Below, in pieces: positions 9,262 through 13,470 of a DNA stretch of 13,470 bases. The stretch lies in assembly GCF_003334315.1 (NCBI RefSeq), contig NZ_QOWR01000082.1; one strand, given 5' to 3'. Below the pieces are notes generated by a model. The model had not been told where the DNA came from. It made no database searches and saw only the letters and a program-made list of their open reading frames with translations. Position 1 is the first letter of the stretch. Every line of letters begins with the position of its first letter. This DNA is from Escherichia coli. Its GTDB lineage: Bacteria; Pseudomonadota; Gammaproteobacteria; Enterobacterales; Enterobacteriaceae. Position numbers and translations under genes: made by a program.

Positions 9262-11706
9262 ATGATGATTTTGAGTATTCTCGCTACGGTTGTCCTGCTC
9301 GGCGCGTTGTTCTATCACCGCGTGAGCTTATTTATCAGCAGTCTGATTTTGCTCGCCTGGACAGCCGCCCTCGGCGTTGCTGGTCTGTGGTCGGCGTGGG
9401 TACTGGTGCCTCTGGCCATTATCCTCGTGCCATTTAACTTTGCGCCTATGCGTAAGTCGATGATTTCCGCGCCGGTATTTCGCGGTTTCCGTAAGGTGAT
9501 GCCGCCGATGTCGCGCACTGAGAAAGAAGCGATTGATGCGGGCACCACCTGGTGGGAGGGCGACTTGTTCCAGGGCAAGCCGGACTGGAAAAAGCTGCAT
9601 AACTATCCGCAGCCGCGCCTGACCGCCGAAGAGCAAGCGTTTCTCGACGGCCCGGTAGAAGAAGCCTGCCGGATGGCGAATGATTTCCAGATCACCCATG
9701 AGCTGGCGGATCTGCCGCCGGAGTTGTGGGCGTACCTTAAAGAGCATCGTTTCTTCGCGATGATCATCAAAAAAGAGTACGGCGGGCTGGAGTTCTCGGC
9801 TTATGCCCAGTCTCGCGTGCTGCAAAAACTCTCCGGCGTGAGCGGGATCCTGGCGATTACCGTCGGCGTGCCAAACTCATTAGGCCCGGGCGAACTGTTG
9901 CAACATTACGGCACTGACGAGCAGAAAGATCACTATCTGCCGCGTCTGGCGCGTGGTCAGGAGATCCCCTGCTTTGCACTGACCAGCCCGGAAGCGGGTT
10001 CCGATGCGGGCGCGATTCCGGACACCGGGATTGTCTGCATGGGCGAATGGCAGGGCCAGCAGGTGCTGGGGATGCGTCTGACCTGGAACAAACGCTACAT
10101 TACGCTGGCACCGATTGCGACCGTGCTTGGGCTGGCGTTTAAACTCTCCGACCCGGAAAAATTACTCGGCGGTGCAGAAGATTTAGGCATTACCTGTGCG
10201 CTGATCCCAACCACCACGCCGGGCGTGGAAATTGGTCGTCGCCACTTCCCGCTGAACGTACCGTTCCAGAACGGACCGACGCGCGGTAAAGATGTCTTCG
10301 TGCCGATCGATTACATCATCGGCGGGCCGAAAATGGCCGGGCAAGGCTGGCGGATGCTGGTGGAGTGCCTCTCGGTAGGCCGCGGCATCACCCTGCCTTC
10401 CAACTCAACCGGCGGCGTGAAATCGGTAGCGCTGGCAACCGGCGCGTATGCTCACATTCGCCGTCAGTTCAAAATCTCTATTGGTAAGATGGAAGGGATT
10501 GAAGAGCCGCTGGCGCGTATTGCCGGTAATGCCTACGTGATGGATGCTGCGGCATCGCTGATTACCTACGGCATTATGCTCGGCGAAAAACCTGCCGTGC
10601 TGTCGGCTATCGTTAAGTATCACTGTACCCACCGCGGGCAGCAGTCGATTATTGATGCGATGGATATTACCGGCGGTAAAGGCATTATGCTCGGGCAAAG
10701 CAACTTCCTGGCGCGTGCTTACCAGGGCGCACCGATTGCCATCACCGTTGAAGGGGCTAACATTCTGACCCGCAGCATGATGATCTTCGGACAAGGAGCG
10801 ATTCGTTGCCATCCGTACGTGCTGGAAGAGATGGAAGCGGCGAAGAACAATGACGTCAACGCGTTCGATAAACTGTTGTTCAAACATATCGGTCACGTCG
10901 GTAGCAACAAAGTTCGCAGCTTCTGGCTGGGCCTGACGCGCGGTTTAACCAGCAGCACGCCAACCGGCGATGCCACTAAACGCTACTATCAGCACCTGAA
11001 CCGCCTGAGCGCCAACCTCGCCCTGCTTTCTGATGTCTCGATGGCAGTGCTGGGCGGCAGCCTGAAACGTCGCGAGCGCATCTCGGCCCGTCTGGGGGAT
11101 ATTTTAAGCCAGCTCTACCTCGCCTCTGCCGTGCTGAAGCGTTATGACGACGAAGGCCGTAATGAAGCCGACCTGCCGCTGGTGCACTGGGGCGTACAAG
11201 ATGCGCTGTATCAGGCTGAACAGGCGATGGATGATTTACTGCAAAACTTCCCGAACCGCGTGGTTGCCGGGCTGCTGAATGTGGTGATCTTCCCGACCGG
11301 ACGTCATTATCTGGCACCTTCTGACAAGCTGGATCATAAAGTGGCGAAGATTTTACAAGTGCCGAACGCCACCCGTTCCCGCATTGGTCGCGGTCAGTAC
11401 CTGACGCCGAGCGAGCATAATCCGGTTGGCTTGCTGGAAGAGGCGCTGGTGGATGTGATTGCCGCCGACCCAATTCATCAGCGGATCTGTAAAGAGCTGG
11501 GTAAAAACCTGCCGTTTACCCGTCTGGATGAACTGGCGCACAACGCGCTGGTGAAGGGGCTGATTGATAAAGATGAAGCCGCTATTCTGGTGAAAGCTGA
11601 AGAAAGCCGTCTGCGCAGTATTAACGTTGATGACTTTGATCCGGAAGAGCTGGCGACGAAGCCGGTAAAGTTGCCGGAGAAAGTGCGGAAAGTTGAAGCC
11701 GCGTAA
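9262..11706 (+). CDS. fadE: FadE, acyl-CoA dehydrogenase of fatty-acid beta-oxidation, 814 aa
   Basis: Long ORF with an N-terminal membrane-anchor-like region ([17 protein letters not shown]...) and acyl-CoA dehydrogenase domains. The start is taken at ATG 9262 (814 aa) rather than the track ATG at 9184, because the FadR operator at 9224-9240 falls inside the extension. Confidence 0.95.
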
Positions 11707-11712
11707 ATGAAT

Positions 11713-11740
11713 AACGGAGCCGAAAGGCTCCGTTTCTTTA
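11713..11740. terminator. Rho-independent terminator hairpin between convergent fadE and ivy, probably bidirectional
   Basis: aacggagcc-gaaa-ggctccgtt forms a 9-bp stem with a 4-nt loop, followed by tctttat on the plus strand and a T-rich run on the minus strand. It sits 7 nt after the fadE stop and 9 nt after the ivy stop. Confidence 0.6.
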
Positions 11741-11748
11741 TCCGCTAA

Positions 11749-12222
11749 TTATTTAAAATTAAAGCCATCCGGATGGTTTTCCAGGCTGCCGGTCAACGCC
11801 GCGAACAACACCGTTTTACCATCAATCGAAAGCGCATCGTTCACATTCAGCCAGGTGAGTTTCTCTTGCGACGTTTTCTCATCAATAGTCGAGAACAGCC
11901 CCGTCATCTGATTAGATTTCTCGGACCACATCACAGCGATACGTTGCGAGCCACAGTCATGCGGTTTGCACGCGCTCATCACCTGATACGTCTCATCTCC
12001 CAACGTTACGGTTTGTGCGGGAGTATAAGTACCGCCTTTCATCACCCAGGCAGGCAGCTTATGCCCTTGTACCATCTGATTAAATGCAGCTTTGGTGGTT
12101 TCGCCCTTTGCAAGGCTGCTAATGGTTAAATCATCCTGCGCCATTGCACTGGTGGCGATGACCAGAGCGGCGACTGTCGTTATTGCCTTAAACATCATTC
12201 CTCCCGAGCTTATCCTGCCCAT
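11749..12222 (-). CDS. ivy: Ivy, periplasmic inhibitor of vertebrate (C-type) lysozyme, 157 aa
   Basis: The 157-aa ORF has a signal peptide (MGRISSGGMMFKAITTVAALVIATSAMA) and the CKPHDC loop characteristic of Ivy; AGGAGG Shine-Dalgarno 8 nt upstream of ATG 12222..12220. Confidence 0.93.
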   Translation of the reverse strand: MGRISSGGMMFKAITTVAALVIATSAMAQDDLTISSLAKGETTKAAFNQMVQGHKLPAWVMKGGTYTPAQTVTLGDETYQVMSACKPHDCGSQRIAVMWSEKSNQMTGLFSTIDEKTSQEKLTWLNVNDALSIDGKTVLFAALTGSLENHPDGFNFK

Positions 12223-12375
12223 GTTATTAACCTCCTAAAGCCTGGCGATAACACGATAATTTGCAAATCAGATATTTCCAATATCAGCATTTGTTATCAA
12301 TTTATTCTGCGCTAAGGCAACTGCCTGATAAGGTGTTAAAGTTATAAAACCCTTCGCATAAAGGAGTTGTACACC

Positions 12376-13146
12376 GTGCCTGGTTTGAAGATTACGCTTT
12401 TGCAGCAACCACTGGTGTGGATGGATGGTCCTGCCAACCTGCGTCATTTTGATCGTCAACTGGAAGGTATTACCGGGCGCGATGTGATCGTTCTACCGGA
12501 GATGTTTACCAGCGGCTTTGCCATGGAAGCGGCAGCTTCGTCGCTAGCACAAGATGACGTAGTGAACTGGATGACAGCTAAGGCGCAGCAGTGCAATGCG
12601 CTGATTGCAGGCAGTGTTGCATTACAAACGGAGTCTGGTTCGGTTAACCGCTTTTTGCTGGTTGAGCCGGGCGGCACGGTACATTTTTATGATAAGCGTC
12701 ATCTGTTCCGCATGGCAGATGAGCATCTACATTATAAAGCGGGCAATGCGCGAGTGATTGTGGAATGGCGCGGCTGGCGTATTTTGCCGCTGGTGTGCTA
12801 CGACTTACGTTTTCCTGTGTGGTCGCGCAATCTCAACGATTATGACCTCGCCCTGTACGTCGCCAACTGGCCTGCTCCGCGCTCTCTGCACTGGCAGGCA
12901 TTGCTGACGGCCCGCGCGATTGAGAATCAGGCGTATGTGGCGGGATGCAATCGCGTCGGCAGCGATGGCAACGGCTGCCATTATCGCGGTGACAGCCGGG
13001 TGATTAATCCGCAAGGAGAGATTATCGCTACTGCCGACGCGCATCAGGCAACGCGCATTGATGCGGAGCTGTCGATGGCAGCATTGCGGGAATATAGAGA
13101 AAAGTTTCCGGCATGGCAGGATGCGGATGAGTTTAGGTTGTGGTGA
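12376..13146 (+). CDS. yafV: YafV, nitrilase-superfamily (CN-hydrolase) omega-amidase / 2-oxoglutaramate amidase, 256 aa with GTG start
   Basis: CN-hydrolase fold with a probable catalytic triad (E in VLPEMF, K in FYDKRHLF, C in LVCYDLRFP). AAGGAG at 12361-12366 is 9 nt upstream of GTG 12376; the track ATG at 12367 directly abuts the Shine-Dalgarno and is an unlikely start. Confidence 0.88.
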   Translation: MPGLKITLLQQPLVWMDGPANLRHFDRQLEGITGRDVIVLPEMFTSGFAMEAAASSLAQDDVVNWMTAKAQQCNALIAGSVALQTESGSVNRFLLVEPGGTVHFYDKRHLFRMADEHLHYKAGNARVIVEWRGWRILPLVCYDLRFPVWSRNLNDYDLALYVANWPAPRSLHWQALLTARAIENQAYVAGCNRVGSDGNGCHYRGDSRVINPQGEIIATADAHQATRIDAELSMAALREYREKFPAWQDADEFRLW

Positions 13147-13186
13147 GTGGGGGTTGTGTTTAAGGACGGGGAGAGTCGGGGTATTA

Positions 13187-13470
13187 CTACGAAAGCCCGC
13201 TCCCCGCAAGGACTGACGCCAGGTAGTTTCTGTCCATGGCTGCTTTTCGCATCTTACGTCTTAACCCTGCCTTGAATACCTTCTCATTCGTCAAAATATT
13301 AATAGCAATGTGCCGTATCCCTGAAAATAATTCTGCTGCGTTTCCTCTTCTTATTTTGTAGTCGTCTTCATTCATTACCACGTCCAGACGCCTGTGCAGC
13401 TTATTCTCCACGTGCCAGTGGTTTCGGATTGCTGTGGCGAACTTCTCTGCGGTTAAATCAGCAGAACTGA
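13187..13470 (-). mobile_element. ISAs1-family (H-repeat-associated) transposase, C-terminal portion; the reading frame continues beyond the window end
   Basis: The minus-strand frame reads ...[93 protein letters not shown], with the HWHVENKLH...RGNAAE signature of ISAs1/H-repeat transposase C-termini. The track's 74-aa ORF is only the part after an internal GTG. Confidence 0.7.

Noticed and set aside
9328-11473. Three 163-165-aa minus-strand ORFs (9328-9825, 10405-10896, 10976-11473)
   Set aside because: All are embedded antisense within fadE, with Arg/Pro/His-rich composition expected from the reverse frame of a GC-rich gene.
12367-12375. ATG at 12367 as the yafV start
   Set aside because: It directly abuts the AAGGAG Shine-Dalgarno with zero spacing; the GTG at 12376 has proper 9-nt spacing.

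Overview
This window reads as a well-characterised Escherichia coli K-12-type chromosomal segment, the fadE-dinB region, shown in reverse orientation to the usual map. Gene identities were assigned by recognising the translated ORFs and motifs from memory, since no database search was possible. Left to right: the left end of an IS1 element (partial insA) inserted into the yafO toxin gene; yafN; dinB with its LexA box; the head-to-head remnants of the lateral-flagellar (Flag-2) genes lafU and lfhA; a REP-bounded rayT; yafL; the LexA-boxed dinJ-yafQ toxin-antitoxin operon; yafK; yafJ; a REP cluster; gmhA; fadE with a FadR operator; ivy; yafV; and the 3' part of an ISAs1-family transposase running off the right edge. 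I found no convincing evidence of a previously undescribed system. The observations most worth a second look are the IS1 disruption of yafO, which leaves the antitoxin and dinB intact, the Flag-2 deletion scar with overlapping ORFs on both strands, and the rayT/REP arrangement. Coordinates of regulatory sites and repeat boundaries were counted by eye and may be off by a few bases.
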